Assembly: GCA_031554075.1 (NCBI GenBank)
Contig: JAVBKJ010000121.1
Span: 1 to 34,476, forward strand
Source: Oscillospiraceae bacterium
Lineage (GTDB): Bacteria; Bacillota; Clostridia; Oscillospirales; UBA929
Length of the DNA stretch: 34,476 bases
Direction of reading: 5' to 3'
In this document: positions 1-9,548 of the stretch, in pieces
Numbering within the stretch: the stretch's first letter is position 1
Layout of the letters: every line of letters begins with the position of its first letter
The notes under the pieces: model-generated
Databases searched by the model: none
Told to the model about the DNA's origin: nothing
Seen by the model: only the letters and a program-made list of their open reading frames with translations
Made by a program: the position numbers and the translations under genes

Positions 1-19
1 AAAAGTGGGGTAACTAACG

Positions 20-769
20 ATGAAAATAAAATCTAATTTGGTTTATGCAATAGTAGTTTCCACATTGTGTCTTAGTATTATTGCTTTTTTTGCAGTTAGG
101 GCAACTATACCACATACACCAGAACGAAAGGATGCGCCAACCCAAGGAGATTTTAAGCAGTACGAGTATGAAGAAATAAAAGAGACGGCGCATACAATTG
201 CAGTCGTCAAAATGAAGGATGCTCTAAGTGCCGAAAATAGTACTGTCGTTAAAAATGAAAATGACGCCATTACAGACTATTACTCAACGCGAAATGCAAC
301 TGTTCTCAAGTTTATTAAAAACGAAAAAGGGTATGGTGAGGAAATTAGTTTTCTGGATAGTGCCGCTATGACAAGCGACAACTATTATTTGCATGATGAG
401 CACTACGACGCGCCAGAAAAAAATGAGAAATACCTAGTGTTTTTATGCGAATCAAATATTTCAGGAAAAGATTTTGTAATATCTACTAATAACGGCATGT
501 TTGCCTTAAAAAATCTACAGAAAAACCTAAGACGTGATATTCTATATGCTACACTAATTGAATTTTCATCAAATACTTCAACATTTGATATAAAACGGTT
601 GAAACCCGCCACAGGTTTTACTGACTTTGTGTCGTCTGATTATACAACGATACTAACCGATTTTGGACCAGTCAAAGTTGAATATTTTTATTCAGAATAC
701 GACCAAACGGAGCACATTTGGATTGGTGGACGAGAGTATACTTGCAGCGGAAAAATGTTTGCAAGGTAG
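20..769 (+). CDS. Hypothetical exported/membrane-anchored protein
   Basis: 249-aa ORF, GGGG SD-like run upstream, N-terminal hydrophobic segment (LVYAIVVSTLCLSIIAFFAV); visibly more AT-rich than the downstream genes; no family recognised. Confidence 0.75.
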   Translation: MKIKSNLVYAIVVSTLCLSIIAFFAVRATIPHTPERKDAPTQGDFKQYEYEEIKETAHTIAVVKMKDALSAENSTVVKNENDAITDYYSTRNATVLKFIKNEKGYGEEISFLDSAAMTSDNYYLHDEHYDAPEKNEKYLVFLCESNISGKDFVISTNNGMFALKNLQKNLRRDILYATLIEFSSNTSTFDIKRLKPATGFTDFVSSDYTTILTDFGPVKVEYFYSEYDQTEHIWIGGREYTCSGKMFAR

Positions 770-776
770 CCAACAA

Positions 777-833
777 AAAACGGACTATTTGAATTGCAGT
801 GACCACTGCACCAAGTAGTCCGTTTTCTTTTTT
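777..833 (+). terminator. Intrinsic terminator (probably bidirectional)
   Basis: AAAACGGACTA (777-787) / TAGTCCGTTTT (816-826) stem followed by a T-run; inner palindrome TGCAGTG-AC-CACTGCA. Confidence 0.7.
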
Positions 834-928
834 GTAATTTGCCCAAAAAGGCATTTTCTACTTTCTTTTTTCAAACAAAAGTGATATACTGTTAGGATAG
901 GATACTATAAGAAAGAGGTGTTTATTGG

Positions 929-1813
929 GTGGCAGGTTTTTTTGGCTTATTCGATTACAATAAACCTGGCAAGGGTGTCGATATCAATGCACCCGAAAAG
1001 CGTGCGCCGTTTCGATTTTTAGAGCTACTATGGCGTAACCTTTGGCGCATGACAATTATAAATTTTCAGTACTTTTTGTGTGTATTGCCATTGATTTTAG
1101 CATTTCACTTATTTGTCTTTGACCCATTGGTTGTTTACTCGGGGGCAGAAGATGGCATGGCCGCCGCGCCGCTTACCATGCTATTTTCGGTTATACTGCG
1201 TATGCCTTCGTGGTTGCTTATTGCAATCGGCGTAATTAGCTTACTAGCGCAAGGGCCGCTCACCTGCGGTATGACCTACATGCTGCGTAACTTTGCCAGA
1301 GAAGAACATGCTTGGTACTCGGACTTTTGGCAGCGCGCGCTTCTTAACCTCAAGCAAGGTATCTTTTTAGGAATCTTAGATGCCGTGATGGTGACTGTGG
1401 GCGTTTACAATATTTCGCTTTACTTTACCGCCTCGGAAACCCTGTCTACCGTTATGCAGGCAATTCTTGTTGCTAGCATGGTTGTGTTACTGCTTTACAT
1501 GGCGATGCGTAACACACTGTACCTCATGGCTGTTACGGTGGAACTCACTAACATACAGCTAATACGCAACGCCTTTATCCTAACCTTTGTGGGCTTGCCC
1601 CGCCATTTGCTCATCGGCGTGTTGCAGCTGCTCGTTGTCGCGCTTACGTTGCTCGTGTCTGGCATGGTCGAGATTATTCTTTTGCCCACAGTTGCCTTTA
1701 GCGTGTTAGGCTTTATTGCCACCTTTATTTCGTATCCGCTAATACACAAGTACCTCATTTTACCGCATTTAACAGCGGCAGAAGATGCCCAAACAGCCGC
1801 CTTGGAACAATAA
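929..1813 (+). CDS. DUF624/YesL-like integral membrane protein
   Basis: GTG start after GAGGTG; N-terminal 'GFFGLFDYNKPGKGV', 'GPLTCGMTYMLRNFAREEH' and multiple TM segments typical of clostridial DUF624 proteins. Confidence 0.7.
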   Translation: MAGFFGLFDYNKPGKGVDINAPEKRAPFRFLELLWRNLWRMTIINFQYFLCVLPLILAFHLFVFDPLVVYSGAEDGMAAAPLTMLFSVILRMPSWLLIAIGVISLLAQGPLTCGMTYMLRNFAREEHAWYSDFWQRALLNLKQGIFLGILDAVMVTVGVYNISLYFTASETLSTVMQAILVASMVVLLLYMAMRNTLYLMAVTVELTNIQLIRNAFILTFVGLPRHLLIGVLQLLVVALTLLVSGMVEIILLPTVAFSVLGFIATFISYPLIHKYLILPHLTAAEDAQTAALEQ

Positions 1814-1898
1814 CCACAGTCGGCTGTATCGCAACAGAATGTGTCATTGAGAAACGTTTACCGTCGTAATACAACACCCATCGATTAGCGCAACTATC

Positions 1899-1927
1899 TT
1901 GCCAACGCGGTCAGAAAATGCTATACT
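1899..1927 (+). promoter_or_regulatory. sigma-A type promoter
   Basis: TTGCCA-17 bp-TATACT with extended -10 TG. Confidence 0.6.
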
Positions 1928-1972
1928 ATGCTGTAAGAAACATCTAATTTCGATGTTGAGAGGAAGCACATT

Positions 1973-4900
1973 ATGCTAGAACATATCTACAATATGTTAG
2001 ATTCCTTGTCGTCACCCGCTATCCTATGGAACTGCATTGATAACCGCATTGTCCATGTCAATGCCTTGGGTGAAACGTTGTTGGCAGACGCCTCGGGCTG
2101 GTCGAAGTCCCAAGGGGCGCACACCTCCTTGCGTGCGTGCCAGCCGCTGACACAGCTCTTTTCGCTAGAGGAACGCTTGGTGCGCCCGATTGTGAAAGCG
2201 CCGATGCTCTTAGAGGACGAACAGGGTCTATTTCTGCCGCTAGAAGGCTTTCTCTATTACCCCCACGCCAACCTCCAAGACCTTGGCATGGGCGCGACGT
2301 TGCTCATATTCCTGCCCATTAGCGACCTAACGAGTGATATTCGGCGCGCGATTCGCGCCATTAATTTCGATGTGCTACACAAAAATGTGGACACAGACGT
2401 GCGTGACCCTGCCTTTTTGCGTCAGATAATCGACGCATTCCCCGGCATGGTGTTTATTAAGGATTTGCAAGGCAAGTACTTGATGTGCAGTGAGGCATTT
2501 GCCCGCTTTGTGGGTCTGCCCTCTCCCGAAGATATTATCGGCAAGACAAGCTTTGATGTGTTGCCCCATACCTCGGCAGAATGGGCGACAAGGTTGGATA
2601 ACAGCCTGTTTGATACCTGTCAGCCCTCGTCTGAGGTGTATCCTTTTGCGTTGGAAAATAATAACTACACCAATTGGCAGCGTGTGTCGCGTTCTCCCCT
2701 GCGCAATGCCAAAGGTGAGATGATTGGTCTTGTCGGCGCGCTTGAGGACGTCGGCGGCGTGCTGGCACTCACAGAAGAACTTACGTACGCCAAGGCACGT
2801 TTTTTAGCCCTGTCCGAAGTGATGGCGTACAACACGTTTGCGCTAATTCTATGGGACCCTGCCAACATGACAGTCAACTATATCTCGAGTAACATTAGTT
2901 ATCTGGGCTTTAAGGCAGGACGTTTTACGCATTTATCCGATTGGGGCAACATTGTACATCCCGATGATAACAGCCTGTTTTGGGATGCGCGTCAGTGCCT
3001 GTTTGATAAATCCCCTTCTGTGGACTTTTGGCAGGAGTACCGTGTTGTCAACAGTAACGGCGATGTGCGCTGGCTTCACGAGCGGATTTCCTCGGTGAAT
3101 GTACCAGGGTCGTTGCTATACCGCAGCATGTTTATCGACACAACGGCGCGACATGAGCAAGAAAACATTACAAAACACATTCATAACCAAGATGTTGCCA
3201 CCGCGTCGAGCATTACGAATATGCACAGCCTACATTTACTGGATATCGTCAGCCGTGAGTACTTACAACAGCTGTCGGATTCTGTGGCACAAACGCTGGG
3301 TGTCAGCTCCAGTATTTTCGACTCGTCTGGCGTGGCACTAACAGACGGCACAGGGCTTTGCAACCTATGCCGCCTGATTCGTGAAACAGAACGCGGTAAC
3401 ACGCTCTGTCATCTTTCGGATGTCAACCTTGGCATTGCCGCGCGTGATGCGGGCGGCTTGGTGGTCGCACCCTGCGAAACAATCGGGCTATACACCGCCG
3501 CCGCGCCGATTACGATGGGCGATTTGCACCTTGGTACGTGGATTATCGGGCGGACGCGCGCTGGCTACACAATTGATGAATCCAACGTCCAAAGTCTTGC
3601 CGCGCGCCTGCAATTAGATACCGATGCGGCGCTTGAGGCATTTCAAGCAATGCCAGAACGCGACAGCAACGAAATTATGCAGATTTTCTCCTTACTCACC
3701 CCGTATGTAAAAGATATCTCCGAGTTTGTGCAACGCAGTTACTTGCTCATGCAGGACACCGAGAAAATGGTGAAGTCGCAAGAGGCGATTACCCAAAGTA
3801 CGGCGATGGAAGCGCTACAATCGAACCTTTACCATGTGTTCTTTAGACCGTCGCAGAACGATACGGCACGCTTTACAGAAGCATTGTCACTTATTTCTGA
3901 TTATTTTGGCTTTAACCGTGCGCTACTGCTCGAACGCCGTCCGCGGTTTTATGAAGTACGTGCGCAGTGGCATCAATCTCAGCTGTCTGATTTCCCCGAG
4001 GAAACCGTCAAGCTGATGGACGTAAAGCAGATTCTTGATATTTGCTCCACACCGAACGAAATTTACCAAATCCACCGCGACCAAATGTCCGACGCATGGT
4101 TGCAGTTTAGCAAAAACCACGAGATGGAAAACACGTTAGCGTGTACTGTCGAAAGTAAAGGGCGTCAACAAGCACTCTTGCAATTTATGCAGGCGGCTGA
4201 CCGTCCCCCCCTGTCTGATACTGAAGTCGGCTTTTTAACACAGATGATGGGGACGATTTCGTCCTTTGTCCTGCTAAAACAAGCCGAGCGCAAAATGCAG
4301 GAAACAAGCGACTCCCTGCAACTGATTCTGAATAATATGCAAGAAAGCATTTATGTTATCGACCAAAAAACGTACGAAGTCATCTTTGCCAATTCGCAGT
4401 TTGATGGCAGAGCCGTCACAGGGTCGAGAGGGGTCAGTTGTTTTAGACTGTTGGGCATGGAAACCCCGTGCGCTTGCTGTGGGCTAGATATGCTCCAAGG
4501 GCAACCCGTCGGCTATAGCTACACCTACGAAACCAGCGAGCGCGCGCCCGGCTCATGGCATTCCATTACCATGACGGTGATGCAGTGGCTAGATGAACGT
4601 CCTGTGTATCTCATTGCTGTGCGCGACATAACCGAGGAAAAAATTCATCAAGAACAATTAATGTACGCCGCCACCTTTGATATGACGCTTAAAATCCCCA
4701 CCATTGGGCGGCTTAATTCGCGGCTAACGCAAATCCTAGAAAAAAAGCGTACCTCAGGCTTTCTATTTTTAATCGAGGTAGACAACCTAAAACTAATCAA
4801 CAACGCCTATGGTCATACCTATGGTGACGCGTTGATGCAGGAAATTGTTACGTTTTTATCGTCACGTGTCCCCGAGGGCGAGTTTGTCTACCGTTATGCC

Positions 4901-5965
4901 ACCAACACCTTTGCGGTTTTGTATGAAGAAGCAAACGAGGCGCAGGCAGATATTTTTGTTAAGGCGATGTACGATCGGTTTAAGCATTCATGGCGTGTAA
5001 AGGAAAAACGTTGTTACTCGACCTTTACCGCTGCCATGGTACCCTACCCCGGCGAAAATACAGACGTCATTGGCATTATGCGTGATGCTGATACCGCCCT
5101 TTCGATGTGCTTTGACCGCGGGCGCAACAGCTTTTACAGCCTAACAAAGAGCATACACACAGACCACGAAGAAAAGCTTGACTTAGCAAACGACCTGCAC
5201 CAAATGGTCGGTGATGGTTGCAAGGACTTAGTCGTCTATTATCAACCTATCTGCGACCTGCACACGAACACGATTGTGTGGTTTGAAGCGCTCATGCGCT
5301 GGCGTCACCCCACAAGGGGCATTATTCCACCACTCAAGTTTATTGAAATCGCGGAGCATACATCACTCATTCAGCCGCTAAGTGAGGTTCTGATACGGGA
5401 AGCCGCGATACAATGTAAAAAATGGCGTGACATGGGCTATGACGTGGGTGTGAATGTCAACTTCTCGGCGACACATTCCCGCCAAGAGGGCATCGTACCG
5501 CTGATTATGTCAATTCTACAAGAAGTGGGCTTGCCGCCGAACCGTTTTGGCATCGAAATTACAGAGAACATTACCAATGCGGACCGTTCGTTTGTGGATA
5601 CCTTTTTGCGCGATATGCGCAATACGGGCTGTATGGTTGCCATTGATAACTTTGGTACGGGGCTATCTTCCTTGGGTACGCTGAACACAATGCCGATTAA
5701 TGTCATTAAGATTGACAGAAATTTTGTGTCGGATATATGCAATTCTGCCTACGACCAAGCACTTGTTTCCTTTATTGTTAAAATCGCAACCACGCTGGAT
5801 TTATTAGTTACCTGTGAGGGTGTGGAAACTTTAGAACAGTGCCACAAAATACGGGAGCTGGGTGTGGACCATGTGCAAGGCTATTACCTTAGCCGTCCTG
5901 CCTCTGCGTCAGAGATGACGCCCCTACTCGAAAATCCAGACAAGATGATACACTTACTCTCCTAA
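1973..5965 (+). CDS. PAS/PocR/GAF-like sensor with degenerate GGDEF and EAL domain (probable c-di-GMP phosphodiesterase)
   Basis: PAS motifs (FIKDLQGKYLMCS..., VHPDD...EYRVVNSNGDVRWL); PocR-type domain with Cys residues (LCNLCRLIR...LCHLSD...PCETIGL); GGDEF fold with ATNTF at the signature; EAL motifs FEAL, EITE, DNFGTG, KIDRNF, EGVE, QGY. Confidence 0.9.
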   Translation: MLEHIYNMLDSLSSPAILWNCIDNRIVHVNALGETLLADASGWSKSQGAHTSLRACQPLTQLFSLEERLVRPIVKAPMLLEDEQGLFLPLEGFLYYPHANLQDLGMGATLLIFLPISDLTSDIRRAIRAINFDVLHKNVDTDVRDPAFLRQIIDAFPGMVFIKDLQGKYLMCSEAFARFVGLPSPEDIIGKTSFDVLPHTSAEWATRLDNSLFDTCQPSSEVYPFALENNNYTNWQRVSRSPLRNAKGEMIGLVGALEDVGGVLALTEELTYAKARFLALSEVMAYNTFALILWDPANMTVNYISSNISYLGFKAGRFTHLSDWGNIVHPDDNSLFWDARQCLFDKSPSVDFWQEYRVVNSNGDVRWLHERISSVNVPGSLLYRSMFIDTTARHEQENITKHIHNQDVATASSITNMHSLHLLDIVSREYLQQLSDSVAQTLGVSSSIFDSSGVALTDGTGLCNLCRLIRETERGNTLCHLSDVNLGIAARDAGGLVVAPCETIGLYTAAAPITMGDLHLGTWIIGRTRAGYTIDESNVQSLAARLQLDTDAALEAFQAMPERDSNEIMQIFSLLTPYVKDISEFVQRSYLLMQDTEKMVKSQEAITQSTAMEALQSNLYHVFFRPSQNDTARFTEALSLISDYFGFNRALLLERRPRFYEVRAQWHQSQLSDFPEETVKLMDVKQILDICSTPNEIYQIHRDQMSDAWLQFSKNHEMENTLACTVESKGRQQALLQFMQAADRPPLSDTEVGFLTQMMGTISSFVLLKQAERKMQETSDSLQLILNNMQESIYVIDQKTYEVIFANSQFDGRAVTGSRGVSCFRLLGMETPCACCGLDMLQGQPVGYSYTYETSERAPGSWHSITMTVMQWLDERPVYLIAVRDITEEKIHQEQLMYAATFDMTLKIPTIGRLNSRLTQILEKKRTSGFLFLIEVDNLKLINNAYGHTYGDALMQEIVTFLSSRVPEGEFVYRYATNTFAVLYEEANEAQADIFVKAMYDRFKHSWRVKEKRCYSTFTAAMVPYPGENTDVIGIMRDADTALSMCFDRGRNSFYSLTKSIHTDHEEKLDLANDLHQMVGDGCKDLVVYYQPICDLHTNTIVWFEALMRWRHPTRGIIPPLKFIEIAEHTSLIQPLSEVLIREAAIQCKKWRDMGYDVGVNVNFSATHSRQEGIVPLIMSILQEVGLPPNRFGIEITENITNADRSFVDTFLRDMRNTGCMVAIDNFGTGLSSLGTLNTMPINVIKIDRNFVSDICNSAYDQALVSFIVKIATTLDLLVTCEGVETLEQCHKIRELGVDHVQGYYLSRPASASEMTPLLENPDKMIHLLS

Positions 5966-6076
5966 ACAATAAACGTGTCGCGCGCTCCATACAACAGGGC
6001 GCGCCATACGCATGTAATACTTTCACTTGAAACAAATGAGATTTGTACAAAACTAACTATAATAACAGGAGACTTT

Positions 6077-7168
6077 ATGAAACTAGGGATTGTAGGCTTG
6101 CCAAACGTCGGCAAAAGTACCTTATTTAACGCCATCACCTCCGCAGGGGCGCAAGCCGCCAATTACCCCTTTTGCACGATAGAACCAAATGTCGGCAGCG
6201 TTGCTGTGCCTGATAGCCGCGTGGAAGCGCTTGTTAGGATGTACAGCCCTGCCAAAGTAACGCCTGCTACCTGTGAATTTGTTGATATTGCTGGCTTGGT
6301 GCGCGGTGCTTCAAAGGGTGAGGGCTTGGGCAACCAGTTTTTGTCTCATATTCGTGAGGTAGACGCGATTTGCCATGTCGTACGCTGTTTTGACGATGAT
6401 AACATTGTCCATGTCGAGGGCGGCGCAGACCCTGTTCGCGATGCAGAGATTATATCGCTAGAACTTACCTTGTCCGATTTAGACTTGGTGGAACGCCGTC
6501 TGGATAAAACACGCAAGCTGCTCAAAGGCGACAAAACGTATGCCCGTGAGCTAGAATTTTGGGAAGCTGTCAAAGCACATTTAGATGAAGGACAACCCGC
6601 ACGTTCGATGGTGTTGACACCCGAGCAGGCAGAGTGGCTTGCCACCGCGCCGCTGATGTCTGCCAAACCAATTTTATATGTGGCAAACATGGACGAAGTG
6701 TCGTTTGCCAAGCGCGACACCCACCCTTACTTTTTGGCTGTGCAAGCCCTAGCGGCGCAGGAAAAGGCAGAGGCGTTGCCTGTCTGTGCCAAGCTAGAGG
6801 AGGATATAGCCTCGCTAGAGCCAGAGGAACGTACCCTCTTTTTAGAAGAACTAGGCTTGCAAGAATCGGGGCTTGGTCGCTTGATTCGTGCATCCTATCA
6901 CTTGTTAGGGTACATTTCCTTTTTAACAGCAGGTCAGCCCGAGGTGCGTGCGTGGACGATTACCCGTGGGCTAAAAGCACCGCAAGCCGCAGGTAAAATA
7001 CACTCCGACTTTGAGCGCGGGTTTATCCGTGCGGAAATCGTGTCGTTTGAAGCCTTGATGGAGGCTGGGTCTCTTGCCGCCGCACGTGACAAAGGCGTCC
7101 TTCGTAGCGAGGGTCGCGAGTACGTCATGCAGGATGGCGACGTCGTGCATTTTAGATTCAATGTCTAA
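6077..7168 (+). CDS. ychF: Redox-regulated ATPase YchF
   Basis: GIVGLPNVGKSTLFN, NYPFCTIEPN, DIAGLV, C-terminal TGS 'DGDVVHFRFNV'; start reassigned to ATG 6077 after AGGAG. Confidence 0.97.
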   Translation: MKLGIVGLPNVGKSTLFNAITSAGAQAANYPFCTIEPNVGSVAVPDSRVEALVRMYSPAKVTPATCEFVDIAGLVRGASKGEGLGNQFLSHIREVDAICHVVRCFDDDNIVHVEGGADPVRDAEIISLELTLSDLDLVERRLDKTRKLLKGDKTYARELEFWEAVKAHLDEGQPARSMVLTPEQAEWLATAPLMSAKPILYVANMDEVSFAKRDTHPYFLAVQALAAQEKAEALPVCAKLEEDIASLEPEERTLFLEELGLQESGLGRLIRASYHLLGYISFLTAGQPEVRAWTITRGLKAPQAAGKIHSDFERGFIRAEIVSFEALMEAGSLAAARDKGVLRSEGREYVMQDGDVVHFRFNV

Positions 7169-7874
7169 TACCGTGCCTGTGAAGGAACGCTATCAACTGA
7201 TAGATGCGCTGCGCGGTCTTTCGATTCTGCTCATGATGGCGTATCACTTTTTAGCGGCGATGATGTACTTTGGGCTATCAGGTGATAGGTTGTTCTACAG
7301 CCCGACATTACAAGTATTACAGCCCCTATTTGCCGCCATCTTTATCTTGCTATCGGGCATTTCTTGCCACTTTTCGCGCAATAATCTCAAGCGCGGCTTG
7401 CTAACGATTGGCTGTGCCGCGGTGATTACCGTTGTATCCATTTTCTTCGGGCTGAATATCTGGTTTGGCATACTGCACTTTTTAGGCTTGTGCATGGTGC
7501 TGTATGGGCTGCTTGGCAAGTGGATTGCAAAGATACCGCGCAAAATTGCGCTAGTTTGCTGGATTGTGCTGAGTGTCATAGGGTTTGTGGTGTTTCCCAT
7601 AGATATGAACACCCCTTGGCTTTTGTGGCTAGGGTTACGCCCCCCCACCATGATTATGTTTGACTACTTTCCGCTTTGCAAGTGGTTCTTCGTCTTTTTG
7701 ATTGGCACATGGTTGGGCACACCGATTAAAGCGCACCAGTTTCCTGCGTGGTTTTACAAATTTAACATGCCCCTCCTCCCCGCCATTGGGCGCAAGACAT
7801 TATTACTCTACATGATTCATCAACCAATTTTCTTTGGGATACTAACTGTATATCAGTTTTTTAACAATAAATAA
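7161..7874 (+). CDS. DUF1624 / heparan-alpha-glucosaminide N-acetyltransferase-like membrane protein
   Basis: IDALRGLSILLMMAYH, FGILHFLG, DYFPL, YMIHQP motifs; ATG 7161 overlaps the ychF stop. Confidence 0.85.
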   Translation: MSNTVPVKERYQLIDALRGLSILLMMAYHFLAAMMYFGLSGDRLFYSPTLQVLQPLFAAIFILLSGISCHFSRNNLKRGLLTIGCAAVITVVSIFFGLNIWFGILHFLGLCMVLYGLLGKWIAKIPRKIALVCWIVLSVIGFVVFPIDMNTPWLLWLGLRPPTMIMFDYFPLCKWFFVFLIGTWLGTPIKAHQFPAWFYKFNMPLLPAIGRKTLLLYMIHQPIFFGILTVYQFFNNK

Positions 7875-7906
7875 CTGTCATGTAACATGACATTTGGGGT
7901 GACAAA

Positions 7907-9199
7907 ATGCAAAGTGAGGAAGTTTGGAAGCAGGTAATCGAAAATCTGCGCGCGAATTTACCAGAAACGGTCATACGCGCGTGGTTTGATGATACCCGCA
8001 TTCATTACATAGACGACCAAAAAATCGTAATCGTCACGCCGTCGGAGCTAAAGCGTGATGCCCTACTCAAACGATACCAAGGACCTATCTCGCGCGCCCT
8101 GTATCTGATTTTTGAAAAGAACTATCAAATTGATATTATCATGAAGGACGACATGCCGCAAGCGCCGTCAAACGACCCGATTGAGCAGGCAGACAATTAC
8201 AGCTTTGAACGCTTTGTGGTTGGTCCTACCAATGAGCTTGCGTACGCCGCCGCTTCGTCTATTTCCGAAAATCCAGCAAAGGGGTATAATCCCCTCTTTA
8301 TCTATGGTGGGTCGGGGCTTGGCAAAACGCACTTACTCTATGCTGTGCGCAATCGGCTACGCGAACGCCGACCAGACTTTAATGTCTGTATTTTTTCATC
8401 TGAACAGTTCACGCGCGATTTGGTCACGGCGATTGAAACAGGCAACCGCGCCGTCTTTCACGAAAAGTACCGCACCGCCGATATGCTGATTGTAGACGAC
8501 ATACAATTTATTGCGACAAAGGAATTTGTGCAAGAAGAATTTTTTCACACATTTAACACCCTACACGAGGCAGGCAAGCAAATCGTGATGACCTCTGACC
8601 GTGCGCCCAAAGAGATGAAAAAGCTAGAGGATCGATTACGGTCGCGGTTTGAATGGGGTCTTGTCGTTGATATTCAACCACCCGATATTGAAACGCGTAT
8701 CGCCATCCTGCGGTCAAAGGCAATGGGCATCGGGCTACCGCTACCCGAACAGGTGTCAACGCATATTGCCCAGAACATTACGCAAAACGTGCGCCAGCTC
8801 GAGGGTATTATCAAAAAGCTGATGGCATACCACGACTTAATGGGCTTCTCGATTAGCATAGACACAGCAACGCGCGCGATTGGCGACCTAATGAAGGAAC
8901 TCCCGGGGCTTAACCCCACACCAGACTTAATCATCGAGCGTGTCTGCGATTTTTATGATGTAAATGTGAATGATGTCATGAGTTCGTCACGGCGTGCAAA
9001 GCTAGTGCAAGCGCGTCAAATCTCCATGTTTTTGATACGCGAAATCACAGGCAAGAGCTTTCAAGAAATTGCGGAAATGCTCAACCGTGACCATAGCACC
9101 GTCATGCACTCGATTGAAAAAGTGGCTGATCAACGTGCCGAGGATACCAATTTGCAAAACGACCTTAAACTTATCACCGAAAATATTCGGTCTGACTAA
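7907..9199 (+). CDS. dnaA: Chromosomal replication initiator DnaA
   Basis: YNPLFIYGGSGLGKTHLL Walker A, DDIQF, QEEFFHTFN, RLRSRFEWG, domain IV RDHSTVMHS. Confidence 0.98.
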   Translation: MQSEEVWKQVIENLRANLPETVIRAWFDDTRIHYIDDQKIVIVTPSELKRDALLKRYQGPISRALYLIFEKNYQIDIIMKDDMPQAPSNDPIEQADNYSFERFVVGPTNELAYAAASSISENPAKGYNPLFIYGGSGLGKTHLLYAVRNRLRERRPDFNVCIFSSEQFTRDLVTAIETGNRAVFHEKYRTADMLIVDDIQFIATKEFVQEEFFHTFNTLHEAGKQIVMTSDRAPKEMKKLEDRLRSRFEWGLVVDIQPPDIETRIAILRSKAMGIGLPLPEQVSTHIAQNITQNVRQLEGIIKKLMAYHDLMGFSISIDTATRAIGDLMKELPGLNPTPDLIIERVCDFYDVNVNDVMSSSRRAKLVQARQISMFLIREITGKSFQEIAEMLNRDHSTVMHSIEKVADQRAEDTNLQNDLKLITENIRSD

Positions 9200-9548
9200 T
9201 TTTGGCAGACAGACATGGTTGAAAATCTCCATAATTTGTATAAAATCTACTAATTTTTGGGTATTATTAACAAATAGTTACGAAGTTATCCACACTTATA
9301 ATGTCTGGAAAACCGACAAGCAATGACAACCTTAGCATGGCTTAGGTAGTTTTCCACAGCGTTCCTCATAACCCCACAAGTTATCCCACTGTTTTCCTTG
9401 TCGAAACCTGTTGATTTTACAAGACTTTAGCAGGTTATCCACTTACCACCAGACAACCACAACCACCACTTATTCTTCTATTCTATTCTATCTATCTATA
9501 GAACGAAAAATCGAAAGAAAAAGCGCGCCACCAGAAAGGAAACTGTTC
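9200..9548. other. oriC: Probable replication origin oriC (dnaA-dnaN intergenic)
   Basis: DnaA boxes TTATCCACA 9286-9294, TTTTCCACA 9350-9358, TTATCCCAC 9381-9389, TTATCCACT 9435-9443, followed by a 3-nt periodic tract and an AT-rich TTCTA/TCTA stretch (9454-9500). Confidence 0.75.

Noticed and set aside
5975-6076. N-terminal extension of YchF; likewise the extensions given for DUF1624, RemB, RpsP and YlxM
   Set aside because: Downstream ATGs have good SD sequences and match family N-termini
9411-9548. 46-aa N-terminal extension of DnaN in the ORF track
   Set aside because: It translates origin DNA (the poly-Thr comes from the trio-like tract); the SD supports ATG 9549
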